Positions 40,303-49,770 of a stretch of 64,000 nucleotides of DNA are shown one piece after another. Source of the stretch: Alphaproteobacteria bacterium. Lineage in GTDB: Bacteria > Pseudomonadota > Alphaproteobacteria > Rickettsiales > UBA8987. The first letter of the stretch is position 1, and each line of letters opens with the position of its first letter. Position numbers and translations under genes: made by a program. The stretch lies in the NCBI GenBank assembly GCA_030429625.1, contig JAUIFA010000001.1:97306-161305 (forward strand), written 5' to 3'. The notes under the pieces are model-generated. The model saw only the letters and a program-made list of their open reading frames with translations. It was not told the DNA's origin and made no database searches.

Positions 40303-40365
40303 GCTGCCCTCCGTTGTTTTTTCTCAGGCAGGATAGGGTCAAATGTGAAAAGGCGGAAGGGGGCT

Positions 40366-40992
40366 TTAGGCAGATAAAGCCTGCGCGATCTTCTCAGCGG
40401 TGATGCTGCCCTGGCGCAGAATGTTGGGGGTGGCGGTGGTGCAATCCACCACGGTGGACGAAATGCCAATATCACACTGCCCGCCATCTATGATTATAGC
40501 AACCGGTTTTTGCAGGGTTAAAGCGGCTGAGGTAGCATCAATACAAGGCTGTTCATCCGAAATGTTTGCACTGCTTATGGCAATAGGTCTGCCAAATTCG
40601 GCAAGAAAATCCGAGATGATCGGATGGTCAGCCACCCTTATGCCGATAGTATCGCGGCCGCAGAAAATAGGCTCGCATAATCCGGCGTCATCTCTGCGCT
40701 CGATGATGATGGTCAGCGCCCCCGGCCAAAAAGCATGTGCCAGCTTCAGCGCGTTATTGTTAAATATACCGAGCTGCTGTGCTTGAGTAAGGTCCTTTGT
40801 CATAATCTGCAGAGGTTTGGTATCAGGCCGTTTTTTGGCGTTGAACAGTGACTTTACAGCCGCTTCATTCGTCGGGTCGGCCGCAATGCCATAAACGGTT
40901 TCGGTGGGCAGAATAACCAACTGTGCATCTTTTAATAAAGCTGCGGCCTTGGCTCGCACGCGATCAGAGTATGTGACGATTAGGTTTTCCAT
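40366..40992 (-). CDS. tsaC: L-threonylcarbamoyladenylate synthase (YrdC/TsaC type)
   Basis: 208 aa. Contains VILPTETVYGIAADP, KKRPDTKPL and SSANISDEQP. Confidence 0.85.
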   Translation of the reverse strand: MENLIVTYSDRVRAKAAALLKDAQLVILPTETVYGIAADPTNEAAVKSLFNAKKRPDTKPLQIMTKDLTQAQQLGIFNNNALKLAHAFWPGALTIIIERRDDAGLCEPIFCGRDTIGIRVADHPIISDFLAEFGRPIAISSANISDEQPCIDATSAALTLQKPVAIIIDGGQCDIGISSTVVDCTTATPNILRQGSITAEKIAQALSA

Positions 40993-41047
40993 AAGGGGGA
41001 TATATAGTCTTATGGGGCAAAAAGTATAGAAAAAATTAATGATCGCC

Positions 41048-41076
41048 CTTGATAGTACATAATATTCTGCCTATAT
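41048..41076 (+). promoter_or_regulatory. Putative sigma-32 (RpoH) heat-shock promoter of lon
   Basis: CTTG (41048-41051), an 18-nt spacer, then CCTATAT (41070-41076). This fits the alphaproteobacterial heat-shock consensus CTTG-N17/18-CYTATNT and ends 27 nt before the lon ATG. Confidence 0.45.
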
Positions 41077-41103
41077 TAAACATATCATCAGCTGGAGAGG
41101 TCT

Positions 41104-43539
41104 ATGGCAGAAACGGGAGACAAAAAATCAAAGGTAACGTGTGATGCGGAGTTATACCCTGTCTTACCACTTCGAGATATTGTGGTTTTCCCAGGAATGA
41201 TTGTGCCGCTTTTTGTAGGCCGGGATCGTTCTATTAGCGCTTTAGAAGACAGCGTTAAGAATAATAGCAAACTTGTTTTGGTCACTCAGAAAGACGCGGT
41301 GCAGGACTCTCCGTCCTCAGAAGATATATACCGTGTTGGGGTGTTGGCCAATGTGTTGCAGATGCTCCGCCTTCCTGACGGAACGGTCAAAGTTCTTGTT
41401 GAAGGGAGTGGCAGGGTAGAGATTAATTGCTTTATTGAGGCCGAAAAATATCTGGAGGCGGATATTACCCAGATAGAAGAAAATGCCAATGATGAACAAT
41501 CGGTTGAGGCGCTTGTGCGGTCGACGGTTTCCTCTTTTTCTCAATACGTAAAGCTAAACAAAAAAGTACCACCAGAAATTTTTGAAAGTGTTAAACAGAT
41601 TGAAGACCCTTCCCAGTTGGTGGATACAATTGCGTCGCACATCACATTAAAAATTACAGAGAAGCAGGACATTCTTGAAACCAGTGAGCTGGATACGCGT
41701 CTGGAAAAAGTCTATTCTTATATGGAAAGGGAAGCCAGCGTACTTTCAACGGAAAAGAAAATCCGCTCTCGTGTGCGCAATCAGATGGAAAAAACCCAGA
41801 AAGAATATTATCTCAACGAACAAATGCGCGCCATTCAGAAAGAGCTTGGCGACAATGAAGAAGCGGTTGATGAGCTGGCAGAAATCAAAAAAAATATTGA
41901 GACCGTAAAATTATCTAAAGAGGCAAAAGAAAAAGCCCTTTCTGAGCTTAAAAAACTTAGATCAATGGGGCCTATGTCAGCCGAAGCGACAGTGGTGCGT
42001 AATTACCTTGATTGGGTTTTGACCATTCCTTGGAAGAAACGCTCTAAGGTAAATCTTGATTTAGACAATGCCCAAAAGATCTTGGATCGTGACCATGCGG
42101 GTCTTGAAAAGGTCAAAGAGCGTATCATTGAATATCTTGCGGTACAAAAACGTACCAAGTCTACCAAGAGTCAGATATTGTGTTTGGTAGGCCCCCCGGG
42201 TGTGGGTAAGACTTCTCTGGCCAAATCCATCGCGCAGGCAACAGGCAGAAACTTTGTCCGTCTCTCGCTTGGTGGGGTGCGGGATGAGTCCGAAATCCGT
42301 GGGCATCGTCGGACCTATATAGGCTCTATGCCGGGTAAGATTGTTCAATCAATGAAAAAGGCCAAAACGTCTAACCCGCTTTTCCTTCTGGATGAGGTAG
42401 AAAAGATGGGGCAGGACTTTAGAGGAGATCCCGCCGCTGCGTTGCTGGAAGTGTTAGATCCCGAACAAAATAATAGTTTTAACGATCATTATCTGGAAGT
42501 GGATTATGACCTTTCGGATGTGATGTTTATCACCACGGCCAACACGTTAAACATGCCGCGCCCTCTGCTTGATAGGATGGAAATCATCCGTATTTCTGGT
42601 TATACTGAGTTAGAAAAAATCAACATTGCTAAAAAACATCTTATCCCAAAACAGATTAAAGAGCATGGTTTGAAAAAAGGGGAATGGTCTATTACTGATC
42701 CGGCACTTAAAAAACTTATTGCCTGTTACACGCGCGAATCAGGGGTGCGTAATTTGGAGCGTGAACTTTCAAAATTAACCCGTAAAGCGGTCACAGAAAT
42801 TGTAAGAAAGAATGTTAAATCAGTAAAAGTCACGCCAAGCAATTTAAAAAAATATGCGGGGATTGAACGCTTTGAACATAATGTAGCGGAGAAAGATGAC
42901 CATATTGGTGTGACTACCGGTCTGGCCTATACGGAAGTGGGTGGCGATTTATTGCCCATTGAAGCAGTGTTGATCCCTGGTGGTAAAGGGCGCATTACCT
43001 TGACAGGCAAACTCGGTGATGTGATGCAGGAGTCGGCACAGGCGGCATGGAGTTACATTCGTTCTCGCTCGCATGACTTTGGTATCCGTACCGAAAAATA
43101 CCTTAACAACGACATTCACCTTCACGTGCCGGAAGGCGCAACACCAAAAGACGGGCCTTCTGCAGGTGCGGCAATGTGTGTGACTATCGTTTCCGCTTTG
43201 GTTGGTATTCCAGTACGCAAAGACATTGCTATGACCGGTGAGATCTCTCTGCGTGGTATGGTCATGCCCATTGGGGGTTTAAAGGAAAAACTGCTCGCGG
43301 CCTTAAGGGGGGACATCAAAACAGTGTTGATTCCTGAAAAGAACATTAAAGATCTGGAAGAAATTCCCGATGTGGTGAAAAAGGGATTGGACATTGTCTC
43401 GGTATCTTCAGTGGACGAAGTACTGGCACATGCGTTGACCAAAAAGCTTGAACCATTAAGTTGGGAGGAGAGTCAAAAAGATCTTTCCTCTATTGCCCGG
43501 GTGACAGAAGAGGGTGATAAAGATGTGGTTACGCATTAA
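41104..43539 (+). CDS. lon: ATP-dependent Lon protease
   Basis: 811 aa. Walker A is GPPGVGKTS. The catalytic Ser context is PKDGPSAGAAM and KEKLLAALRG is also present. Confidence 0.97.
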   Translation: MAETGDKKSKVTCDAELYPVLPLRDIVVFPGMIVPLFVGRDRSISALEDSVKNNSKLVLVTQKDAVQDSPSSEDIYRVGVLANVLQMLRLPDGTVKVLVEGSGRVEINCFIEAEKYLEADITQIEENANDEQSVEALVRSTVSSFSQYVKLNKKVPPEIFESVKQIEDPSQLVDTIASHITLKITEKQDILETSELDTRLEKVYSYMEREASVLSTEKKIRSRVRNQMEKTQKEYYLNEQMRAIQKELGDNEEAVDELAEIKKNIETVKLSKEAKEKALSELKKLRSMGPMSAEATVVRNYLDWVLTIPWKKRSKVNLDLDNAQKILDRDHAGLEKVKERIIEYLAVQKRTKSTKSQILCLVGPPGVGKTSLAKSIAQATGRNFVRLSLGGVRDESEIRGHRRTYIGSMPGKIVQSMKKAKTSNPLFLLDEVEKMGQDFRGDPAAALLEVLDPEQNNSFNDHYLEVDYDLSDVMFITTANTLNMPRPLLDRMEIIRISGYTELEKINIAKKHLIPKQIKEHGLKKGEWSITDPALKKLIACYTRESGVRNLERELSKLTRKAVTEIVRKNVKSVKVTPSNLKKYAGIERFEHNVAEKDDHIGVTTGLAYTEVGGDLLPIEAVLIPGGKGRITLTGKLGDVMQESAQAAWSYIRSRSHDFGIRTEKYLNNDIHLHVPEGATPKDGPSAGAAMCVTIVSALVGIPVRKDIAMTGEISLRGMVMPIGGLKEKLLAALRGDIKTVLIPEKNIKDLEEIPDVVKKGLDIVSVSSVDEVLAHALTKKLEPLSWEESQKDLSSIARVTEEGDKDVVTH

Positions 43540-43674
43540 TCGTTTTCTTAAAAACATGAGGTAAATTTTTTGCTGATGGGACAAGATATGTTCCAATCAA
43601 CAGCTTTTTATGCCCTTCATTATTTTTCCTAGTAAAAAGTTTGGTTTTGGCTTTAGCTGTGGCTTCTGGGCAAA

Positions 43675-43690
43675 TTAATATTTAATTAAC
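43675..43690 (+). promoter_or_regulatory. Sequence matching the CtrA-box consensus TTAA-N7-TTAAC
   Basis: TTAA (43675-78), tatttaa, then TTAAC (43686-90), within the 404-nt lon-hupB spacer. Chance occurrence is plausible in AT-rich DNA. Confidence 0.3.
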
Positions 43691-43943
43691 CACTATTTCT
43701 CGGCTTTTGTCATAAAAATGTAAAAAAAGCAGTTTTTTTACAGAAATAGGCATTTTTTTCCTTGTGTTTTTGTTTTGAAAGCGCAAGGATAGCTTCGACA
43801 GTCCTTAATTGATAAAGGTTTGCTGGGAGATGGGAATTTAATAAATTGGCTTAGTCATAAGTTTTTACTATTTTCTTACTTCCATAATGATCGTAAAGAG
43901 TTAAGGTACTTTTATTAACTTTATGCTATTGGGAGAATTGATA

Positions 43944-44219
43944 GTGAATAAGAATGAACTTGTTGAAGCAGTGGCTTCTAAAATTGATGGTACTAAAGCT
44001 GATGCATCTCGTGCAATTGATGCAGTTTTTGACTCAATCTCTGGTGAACTTGCCTCTGGTGGTGAAGTTCGTCTAGTAAATTTCGGTACGTTCCTTGTTG
44101 CAAACCGTAAGGCAACAACAGGTCGCAACCCACGCACAGGCGAGCCTATTAAGATCGCTGCTTCTAAAAGTCCTAAATTCCGCGCTGGAAAAATCCTTAA
44201 AGAAGCAGTAAACAAATAA
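43944..44219 (+). CDS. hupB: HU-family DNA-binding protein
   Basis: The GTG at 43944 follows GGGAGA and gives (M)NKNELVEAVASKI. Later motifs are GFGTF-like NFGTFLV and RNPRTGEPI. An alternative ATG lies at 43923. Confidence 0.9.
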   Translation: MNKNELVEAVASKIDGTKADASRAIDAVFDSISGELASGGEVRLVNFGTFLVANRKATTGRNPRTGEPIKIAASKSPKFRAGKILKEAVNK

Positions 44220-44243
44220 TTAGTATCATTTGTTTTTTGAAGA

Positions 44244-44269
44244 GGGCAGCCAAAAGGCTGCCCTTTTTT
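44244..44269 (+). terminator. Rho-independent terminator after hupB
   Basis: Hairpin GGGCAGCC-AAAA-GGCTGCCC followed by TTTTTT. Confidence 0.8.
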
Positions 44270-44379
44270 GTTTTGTCTTACTTGCGCAGTTTATCTGTTA
44301 TGTCTTTATGTAAGCGGGCTTCTTTTTTCGCTTGCAATTGTCCTTCATATAGATTAGTAAATCCTCTTCCTTCCCCAAG

Positions 44380-44456
44380 GGGCGGTTAGCTCAGCTGGCT
44401 AGAGCATCTGGTTTACACCCAGAGGGTCGGGGGTTCGAATCCCTCACCGCCCACCA
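44380..44456 (+). tRNA. tRNA-Val (anticodon TAC), CCA encoded
   Basis: I folded the cloverleaf by hand. Acceptor GGGCGGT/ACCGCCC, D arm GCTC..GAGC, anticodon stem TCTGG/CCAGA with loop TTTACAC, T arm GGGGG-TTCGAAT-CCCTC. Total length 77 nt. Confidence 0.93.
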
Positions 44457-44577
44457 TTTAGAATTAAAAATGATCTTTAATGTTTTTAATCTCTTATATA
44501 ATCACAATACTTTCTTTTCCATCTTCAATCCATTATACCTGATAATGCTAGGTTTATAATTCGTTCAGTGGTGTGGG

Positions 44578-45990
44578 ATGCAGTTTACGTCATCGGTTTT
44601 TGTGGTTTTCTTTGTGGGAGTGTTTGCGCTGTATTGGCTTTTGCCCACGATCCTAAACCCGCAGAATTCACAGGCAAAAAAGAACATCCAAAACATCATT
44701 CTTCTTACCTCCAGCTATGTGTTTTATGGCTGGGTGCATCCGTGGTTTTGCTTTTTGCTGGCCACCTCCACGATGATCGATTTTCTTTGTGCTCAGAAGA
44801 TACATGATGACCGAAGCAACAGTAAAAAATGGCTGGTACTCAGTTTGGTGACCAATCTTGGTATGTTAGGGTTCTTTAAATATGCCAATTTCTTTATTGA
44901 TAATGTGACGCTTGTCTTAAGCGCTCTTGGGTTGTCGCTTGATCCGATTGTCCTTGAAATACTATTGCCGGTAGGGATTTCGTTTTATACCTTTCAGAGT
45001 ATGAGCTATACGATTGATATCTATCGCAAGGAACAAGAGCCGCATAAGAGCCTAGTGGAATTTGCGCTGTTTGTGTCGTTCTTCCCACAGTTGGTGGCAG
45101 GGCCGATTGAGCGCGCCCGGCACATCCTGCCGCAAATTACGGTAGCACGCCAATGGAACTGGGATTTGTTTAATGAGGCGTGGTCGTTGATTATTCGCGG
45201 CTATTTCAAAAAGTTGTTTATCGCTAATGGGGTGTCGTTTTACGTGGATAAAATCTTTGCCCACCCCAACCCTTCTGTTGCGCTGGTAACGGTGGGGACG
45301 GTCGGCTTTGCCATACAGATATACGCAGATTTCTCTGCCTATACCGACATTGCGCGCGGGACTGCCAGACTCTTTGGCGTACGGCTGATGGAAAACTTTA
45401 AATCTCCCTATTTGGCCATTTCGCCTTCGGATTTCTGGCGGCGGTGGCATATTTCCTTTTCCAGTTGGATTAAGGATTATGTTTATATTTCTTTCGGTGG
45501 CTCACGGGTGAAAACACGGTTGCAGTTTTTGCTGGTGGTGCTGGCGACTTTTGGCCTCAGCGGGCTTTGGCACGGGGCGCAGTGGCATTATGTGATTTGG
45601 GGTCTGTACCATGCGGTGATCCTGTTCGTGTATCATGCGCTGGGGATGGGCGGAAAATGGCGGGCAACCAGCTTGCCGACCATCGCGCTTTCATGGTTGG
45701 TGATGTTGGGGCTGAGCCTGTTTGGCTGGCTTATTTTCCGTACGCCTAGCATGGAGTGGCTGTCACAGATTGCATGGGCGCAGGACAATGCTCAGTATGT
45801 GGTGGCGGTGGCCTACATCACATGGATTGCGTTATATACGCTGCCGTTTTTTATTTTTTTGGTAGCAGAGAGGATCTTGCCCAATTCGCGCCTGAGCAAT
45901 GCAGTGATTAACGGGTTGGAATTGGCCATATTATTATACATGCCCATCATTGATGTGGTGAGCGACGAATTTATTTACTTTCAGTTTTGA
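44578..45990 (+). CDS. MBOAT-family membrane O-acyltransferase (AlgI/DltB-like)
   Basis: 470 aa. Contains FWRRWHISFSSWIKDYVYISFGGSR and GLWHGAQWHYVIWGLYHA, including the conserved His. Confidence 0.88.
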   Translation: MQFTSSVFVVFFVGVFALYWLLPTILNPQNSQAKKNIQNIILLTSSYVFYGWVHPWFCFLLATSTMIDFLCAQKIHDDRSNSKKWLVLSLVTNLGMLGFFKYANFFIDNVTLVLSALGLSLDPIVLEILLPVGISFYTFQSMSYTIDIYRKEQEPHKSLVEFALFVSFFPQLVAGPIERARHILPQITVARQWNWDLFNEAWSLIIRGYFKKLFIANGVSFYVDKIFAHPNPSVALVTVGTVGFAIQIYADFSAYTDIARGTARLFGVRLMENFKSPYLAISPSDFWRRWHISFSSWIKDYVYISFGGSRVKTRLQFLLVVLATFGLSGLWHGAQWHYVIWGLYHAVILFVYHALGMGGKWRATSLPTIALSWLVMLGLSLFGWLIFRTPSMEWLSQIAWAQDNAQYVVAVAYITWIALYTLPFFIFLVAERILPNSRLSNAVINGLELAILLYMPIIDVVSDEFIYFQF

Positions 45991-45994
45991 TGAT

Positions 45995-47044
45995 ATGCAA
46001 AGAATGATAGAACACATACGTTATCCGCTTATCACACTGGCCGTGTTGGGACTGTTCTGTCTACCTCTGGTCTTTGACGTACAAGATTTCTATTTACGTT
46101 TTCAGCCGAGCATGGTGGATGTCAACCGACAGGCACTAAACAAGCTAGAGCCGGAAGTTTTGTTTGTGGGCAATTCTATGGTCTATGACAATATTGACCT
46201 TGAAACTTTCCGTGATAACGTCTCATCTAAAACATTTACTATTACCTCTGCTGGTGCGCGCCCATCCTTTTGGTATCTGGTGTTAAAAAATCTGGTGATT
46301 ACGATACAAAATAAACCAAAATTGGTAATTATACCGTTTCGTGATGCGGAATGGATGGAAACCAAAATTGCCCGCTTTGGCCGGTATAAGAAATCGCTCG
46401 ACATAATGTCAAAACACAATGAACCACTGTTAAAGAAACTGACATATAACGAATCACCTCTTGGTATTGTCTCAGGCATCCTGACCTTTCGGCAGGAAAA
46501 CATCCATTATGACATTGAAGGTTATTTGTACAATTATGTGGTCAATGAATTGCTGGACGATGTGGCAGAGGTAAAACAATGTGCGTACCCCAACGGGTGT
46601 GAGCGTCCGCGTACCATCTCCGGACAAATTCGTCGGGTGATATATTGTACCTTCTCGCCAAAAGATAATTACCGTTATAGCGATGAATGTGCAGGCTTTG
46701 AACGGCCTGACGCAGTGGATTTTAACCAAGCAGTGGAAAATTCCTATTTACCGGAAATTATCAAAATTGCTCAAGAAAATAACATCATATTACTGTTGGT
46801 AAGGATGAAGGCCGCCGAAGACCTTGTGCCGAATACTCAGCCGCCGTCATTGAAGAAATATATCAAGGATTTCTCAGAATATTTAGAAGCAAATAAGATT
46901 GCATTTATTGATTTTTCCGACGAAGCGGCGTTAACAAAATACCATTATAAAGACATCAATGCCCACCTGACGCAGGAGGGGTCAAAACTTTTGACCCACC
47001 TGTTAGCAGAGCGTATAAAAGAACAAAAATTATTAGATCGGTAA
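45995..47044 (+). CDS. Membrane-anchored partner protein of the MBOAT enzyme (AlgJ/DltD-like role inferred)
   Basis: 349 aa with an N-terminal TM segment. VLFVGNSMVY is loosely SGNH-like. The gene starts 4 nt after the MBOAT gene. The call rests on position only. Confidence 0.3.
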   Translation: MQRMIEHIRYPLITLAVLGLFCLPLVFDVQDFYLRFQPSMVDVNRQALNKLEPEVLFVGNSMVYDNIDLETFRDNVSSKTFTITSAGARPSFWYLVLKNLVITIQNKPKLVIIPFRDAEWMETKIARFGRYKKSLDIMSKHNEPLLKKLTYNESPLGIVSGILTFRQENIHYDIEGYLYNYVVNELLDDVAEVKQCAYPNGCERPRTISGQIRRVIYCTFSPKDNYRYSDECAGFERPDAVDFNQAVENSYLPEIIKIAQENNIILLLVRMKAAEDLVPNTQPPSLKKYIKDFSEYLEANKIAFIDFSDEAALTKYHYKDINAHLTQEGSKLLTHLLAERIKEQKLLDR

Positions 47045-47048
47045 CTCC

Positions 47049-48707
47049 ATGGAAAAAGGCAATCACATACGCTATGAGATACAAGTTGCACTGATCATTG
47101 TGTTGGCGGTGATGTGCAATGTCATTGGTCTTGCCGACCAAGTGTTTTATGCCACCACGCCCTATCTGATCAATGACGACACACGCGCGCTCTTCCATTA
47201 TTATCGTTATGAAGATTCATCATTATTTGCCGATGATTACATCGCCAATTATCTGGCCAAAGGCTTTACGGATTTTGTCGGTTATGATTGGCTGATGAAA
47301 ACGGCGACTTCCTATTTCGGCCTCAATACAACCCTTGATGTTTTGCCTTTGTGTTTGGTGGCGTTTAGCGCAATGGCTCTGTCGTTTGTTCTGCTCAAGC
47401 TGGGCGGGAGGATGGCGTTGTTTATGGGGTTGATAAGCTTCTTTTCCTACAGTACGTTTTTTGAACGAATCAATTCCTCTATTCCCCATTCCTTTGCTTA
47501 CCCCATCATGCTTATCGCTATTGCGGCCTTGGTTTATGGCAATATGGGTTGGCTGATTGTGGCCTTGATATTGGCGGGGTTGTTTTATTCACCCATGACC
47601 CCGATCATCGGGTTAATGCTGGCGATTTATGTGCTGGTACTGCCTAAAAAATTCCAGTCAGAGAAAGTGCAGCAGCTCAATGTTTATGTAAGATGTTTGA
47701 TTCTTTTGGTGTGTGCTGCGGTAACGATGTATTTAATTTGGCCGACGCTGCCTTTTGGTGAAGACAGTGACTTTGGCCGTAGATTGTCCCTGCAGAATGA
47801 TCTGGCGCAATTTCCCGAACTGGATCCCAATGGAGGCAGAAATCCTTCTTCGGTGAGCAGCCCTGTTGTTTCTGCTTTGCAGCGCATTGTGGGCAATTTC
47901 ATCTATCCAGCAAAAATGTTGATCCTGCCGCTGCTGTCTTTCTTGATCATTACGTATTTCTTCTTTAACTCTAGGCTTAGCAGTGCGGGTTCACGCTTTG
48001 CGATATTTATTATCTCGGTAATTATCTGTGCCGTATTGGGGCATTATTTTATGCCTGCCTTTGTCTATCGTGCTCTATTATACACTTTGCCGCTCATCGC
48101 TTTAATCTTATTGCCAGTGGGGCTGTGCGACATCACTCATCGCCTGTGTAAAACTTCAAAAATTGCTACGGGGATATTGGCAGTGTTGACCCTTGTTCTG
48201 TCCTTTTCATTTGCAGAAAAAACCTTCCGCGGTACCGGTTATACCATACAAATAGATAAGAGCTACGCGCCGATTCTACAGACAATAGAGGATCTGCCAA
48301 AGAACGCATTGATTGCCGGTTTTCCCGGTTCATCGCAAGGGGTGATTGAAAATGTTCCATTTTTTGCCAAGCACAAAGCCTTTGTACTCTATGAGGCACA
48401 AGTGCCCTCTCATGAAGGCTTCACCCTTGAAATGCGTCAGCGGATGAACGCGCTGATTGATGCCTATTTTGCCACCGACATAAAAGATGTACTAGCTTTG
48501 CGTGATAAATGGGGGGTGGATTATCTTATCGTTAACACTGTATTCTACGACTATAGGCCAAGTTATTTTAAACCGTTTAATGACAAAATAGAAAAAATAT
48601 GGAAGGAGAACAAAGCAAAAAGCTTTATACTACCGACATTATTTGATACCGCATTAGAGGGAAGTAATGATACTATCAAAATCATTGATCTAAGACAAAT
48701 GGAATAA
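47049..48707 (+). CDS. Polytopic membrane protein (~12 TM segments) with a ~170-aa C-terminal soluble domain, possibly a GT-C-like glycosyltransferase or polymerase
   Basis: 552 aa. The call rests on topology read from hydrophobic runs. I recognise no diagnostic motif. Confidence 0.3.
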   Translation: MEKGNHIRYEIQVALIIVLAVMCNVIGLADQVFYATTPYLINDDTRALFHYYRYEDSSLFADDYIANYLAKGFTDFVGYDWLMKTATSYFGLNTTLDVLPLCLVAFSAMALSFVLLKLGGRMALFMGLISFFSYSTFFERINSSIPHSFAYPIMLIAIAALVYGNMGWLIVALILAGLFYSPMTPIIGLMLAIYVLVLPKKFQSEKVQQLNVYVRCLILLVCAAVTMYLIWPTLPFGEDSDFGRRLSLQNDLAQFPELDPNGGRNPSSVSSPVVSALQRIVGNFIYPAKMLILPLLSFLIITYFFFNSRLSSAGSRFAIFIISVIICAVLGHYFMPAFVYRALLYTLPLIALILLPVGLCDITHRLCKTSKIATGILAVLTLVLSFSFAEKTFRGTGYTIQIDKSYAPILQTIEDLPKNALIAGFPGSSQGVIENVPFFAKHKAFVLYEAQVPSHEGFTLEMRQRMNALIDAYFATDIKDVLALRDKWGVDYLIVNTVFYDYRPSYFKPFNDKIEKIWKENKAKSFILPTLFDTALEGSNDTIKIIDLRQME

Positions 48708-48717
48708 AGATAGCAAT

Positions 48718-49770
48718 ATGACTGAGAATTGGAAAAACATAAGCGTTAGGCCGGATATGAGCATCATTCAAACCATTGCGGTCATTGACAATGGTGGCAA
48801 GCGCCTCGCCCTTGTGGTGGATGAGAAGGGAAGACTGTGTGGAACAGTCACCGATGGGGACATACGCAGAGGACTACTGCGGAAGATTTCTTTGGAGGAT
48901 AAAATTAGCCAAGTGATGCAGACCCATCCGATTACCGGCGGGCAGGGGGAAAGCGACACGCAGTTAGTGGCCAAAAGCAAAACACACAGTATATTCGAAA
49001 TCCCGATTGTTGATTCTGAAGGCAAAATGGTTGATCTAAAAATATTCAGTACGGTAGATCAAAGGCCAAAATTAGACAATCCAGTGTGTATCATGGCCGG
49101 TGGTTTTGGCAAAAGGCTCATGCCTCATACAAAAGATTGCCCCAAGCCAATGCTTAATGTTGGGCAAGCGCCGTTACTGGAGAGTACAATAAAAAACTTA
49201 GCAGACAACGGTTTTCATAATATTTTTATCTCGGTCTATCATTTGTCCCAACAGATCATTGAACATTTGGGTGACGGTTCGCAATGGGATATTTCACTCC
49301 AATACTTACAGGAAGATAGCCCCTTGGGGACGGCGGGTGCATTGAGTCTTTTGCCGGAAACTCTGCCAGACTTACCGCTGATTGTCCTCAATGGTGATAT
49401 CTTAACCAAGCTAAATTTCAAAGAGCTGCTTGAGTTCCATAATCATTCAAACACCAGCGTTACCACTTGTGTGACGGAGTATGAGTTCCAAGTCCCCTAT
49501 GGTGTTATCAAACAAGAGGAAGGTCGCCTGACCGCCATTGAAGAAAAACCTTCACATAAATTCTTTGTCAATGCAGGGATATACGCTCTTAACAAAGAAA
49601 TTATTGCCAATATGGACAAGAACAAGGCGGTGGATATGCCTGTGGTACTGCAAAAATATATTAAGGAGAATCAGGTGGGCGTTTTCCCAATTCATGAATA
49701 TTGGCTCGACATTGGCAAGATAGACGATCTGGAAAAGGCGCAGAAAGATTTTATTGAGGAATTTAAATAA
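48718..49770 (+). CDS. CBS-domain-containing sugar-phosphate nucleotidyltransferase (PtmE-like)
   Basis: 350 aa. An N-terminal CBS pair is followed by the NTP-transferase motif IMAGGFGKRLMPHTKDCPKPML. Confidence 0.8.
   Translation: MTENWKNISVRPDMSIIQTIAVIDNGGKRLALVVDEKGRLCGTVTDGDIRRGLLRKISLEDKISQVMQTHPITGGQGESDTQLVAKSKTHSIFEIPIVDSEGKMVDLKIFSTVDQRPKLDNPVCIMAGGFGKRLMPHTKDCPKPMLNVGQAPLLESTIKNLADNGFHNIFISVYHLSQQIIEHLGDGSQWDISLQYLQEDSPLGTAGALSLLPETLPDLPLIVLNGDILTKLNFKELLEFHNHSNTSVTTCVTEYEFQVPYGVIKQEEGRLTAIEEKPSHKFFVNAGIYALNKEIIANMDKNKAVDMPVVLQKYIKENQVGVFPIHEYWLDIGKIDDLEKAQKDFIEEFK

Noticed and set aside
40275-40487. A 70-aa minus-strand ORF overlapping the 3' end of tsaC.
   Set aside because: It is a P/A/R-rich out-of-frame translation of the tsaC coding region. 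No independent evidence supports it.
44457-44577. An attachment-site-like direct repeat of the tRNA-Val 3' end downstream of the tRNA.
   Set aside because: I could not find a second copy of the GGTTCGAATCCCTCACCGCCCACCA segment by eye anywhere in the window. The island boundary remains unproven.
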